From the NCBI GenBank assembly GCA_050575255.1, contig JBNZDD010013726.1, positions 1,280,409-1,344,408 of the forward strand: a DNA stretch of 64,000 bases, written 5' to 3'. Below, one piece after another: positions 62,165 to 64,000 of this stretch. This stretch comes from Harriotta raleighana (Eukaryota). The notes beneath the pieces are model-generated. The model did not search any database. It was not told where the DNA came from and saw nothing but the letters and a program-made list of their open reading frames with translations. A program made the position numbers and the translations under genes. Every line of letters starts with the position of its first letter. The stretch's first letter is position 1.

Positions 62165-64000
62165 AAAAGATCCTTAGCACAGCATTCTCAGGCACAACAT
62201 CTCATATTGCTGGATAGCATCTACAGTATTTACGAAATGTTTCTAAAAGATGAAGGAAACTGCTGCACCAGTAGCTTAATCAAATCAGTACCTTGATAAA
62301 GAGTGGATTTGTGTACTGATGAAAGCTTACTGAGGTGTTTAACTGTGAGAGGTAATCCAGTGAGTCCAATGCTGTCTCATTTGATGTCAACAAATGAGTC
62401 CTTTCCCAAAAAGGCCACAGAATATTGACTTAAGAGCTGGAACTGCAGAAAAGTTTTCACCAAGGCTTTTGAGGCCAGCAGTATCCGCATGTGAGATTTG
62501 TTAACTGGGCATGGGTTAGGTATTTAAGATGAGAACTTCTTGGTTGACATAACCCAAAAGTAGAACATGTGCTGCATTTAATCATCGATATTGTTTTTCA
62601 TACAGAGGCCATCTGAAATTCATCAGTAACACCGCTTTAGCTCAGATATATTGTTGAAGTAGGGACTGCTTGCTTGGAGGCAGTGAATTATAGAAAATAG
62701 TCACAATCTTCCAAGTACTGCAGGTGTATGTGAGCTCTGTTAGTTTTCAGATGCAATTTGTGTCGCATGCAGGTTATATCCTTCAAAATAGCATTTTTGC
62801 TGATGAGCATCTTTTTAATCTTAGACATTCAGAGGTTTGATAGAGCACTTGAGCATCAAACACCATCAGAACATAATTTGCAAGATGTTCTTTTGCATTC
62901 AGCACCAGTGAGTTGGCAACTATACACCCAGTGGTAACTTGTTTGTTGTCCACCAACAGAACTACTGTATCTAGCTGTCAGAGATTTATTGCACTCATTT
63001 TGTTTTTAATGGAACTCTTGGATGTTGTCCTATTTTTTGTTGAGATAGGTTACTTGTTTGATACTACAGTATTGTTGATGCTACAGTGTCATGTTAGAGA
63101 GGAAGCAAGGTGAGGGACTGTGAGAGAGAGACAAATGTGGAATGATAGGCATGCAAAAGTTGAGTATTTAGTGAGTTAAAAGAGCACTAAAGTGGGTGGC
63201 AATAAGGACTTCATGTATGTTCACAGTCTTAGAAAACAATCTCCTCACAAATACACAAGAGCCAGAATGTAGTGATGAAAATTATAATTGTGTATAATGT
63301 TTAATTGTTACTGATTAATAAACAATTTCTCATTGAGTAATTGCATTTTGCTTACTGTCCTGGCATATCCTCTCCTGTTAATATTTTATTTGAAAGCCCT
63401 GCCTTTTGCATTTTCCAATATGATGTTCATTTTTATGAGATTATGGATTAAATGTTGTTCTTTGTGACCATTGCTGTACCTCGATATTGATTCACTTAAA
63501 ATCTTTATGTATTCCTCTGGTCCAAGGACACTGAACTTACACAGCCAGTTAACTCCTTTTTCTTCTGCTAAGCAATGTTTAATCTTATGGTGTTATGGCC
63601 AACTGTCCCCCAGATAAAACACTTCATGGCTATTGGTGCGACGTTGCTATATGAAAATTGACAACCACATTTGCCTAGACTCCACCTTACAGTACATCCT
63701 CTGAAGCATTGTATGATGCAGAGGAAAAAGCAGTTAACTGCTTTTACCTCTGCATCATACAATCTACACCAAGAGCTGAAGAAACCATGAAGCACATTCT
63801 ATGTTATCGCTTTTCAGTAAGAAGGTATTACATTTCAATCTAACCTCTGTAAATCTACTGCACCTATTCTCAACTTTGTGTTATCACCAATTATCGGATT
63901 GCAGAAGTAAGGAGCAAGAACTGAGATCTTGTTTGGAATTAAATTGCTCCATGTTCAGTTTGAAGGTGCAAAATTGATCAGAGTAAGAAATCCCAGATGC

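Noticed and set aside
1-64000. Prokaryotic systems (CRISPR arrays, operons, defence islands)
   Set aside because: The sequence is eukaryotic, with no long ORFs, no regularly spaced repeats and abundant vertebrate retroposons

Overview
AT-rich, CpG-depleted vertebrate genomic DNA, most likely from a cartilaginous fish (holocephalan/elephant-shark-like, inferred from the SINE/LINE repertoire recalled from memory). I found no protein-coding gene I can support, so the window looks intronic or intergenic; the supplied ORFs are chance ORFs or retroelement debris. It is dominated by a tRNA-headed, Deu-domain SINE with an L2-type tail (about 15 copies or fragments) and by L2 3' fragments, many reduced to the tail hairpin alone. 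Also present are CR1 and RTE-like remnants, older SacSINE1-like and LF-SINE-like SINEs, a hAT-type non-autonomous transposon nested in a SINE, and a 5'-truncated Penelope-like element. The Penelope element has a GIY-YIG remnant, a minimal hammerhead ribozyme motif and a target-site duplication. Four single-N joins with duplicated flanks, including a 1.56-kb apparent tandem duplication, are probably assembly artefacts. The best non-repeat leads are a CpG-rich element at about 13.65-13.85 kb (C/D-box snoRNA-like on +, or a symmetric 102-nt exon on -), a MER126-like hairpin at 48.16-48.22 kb, and a diverged 177-bp duplicated element at 19.5/22.1 kb. All family names are from recall and need a Dfam/Repbase check. 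I did not find evidence of a new biological system.
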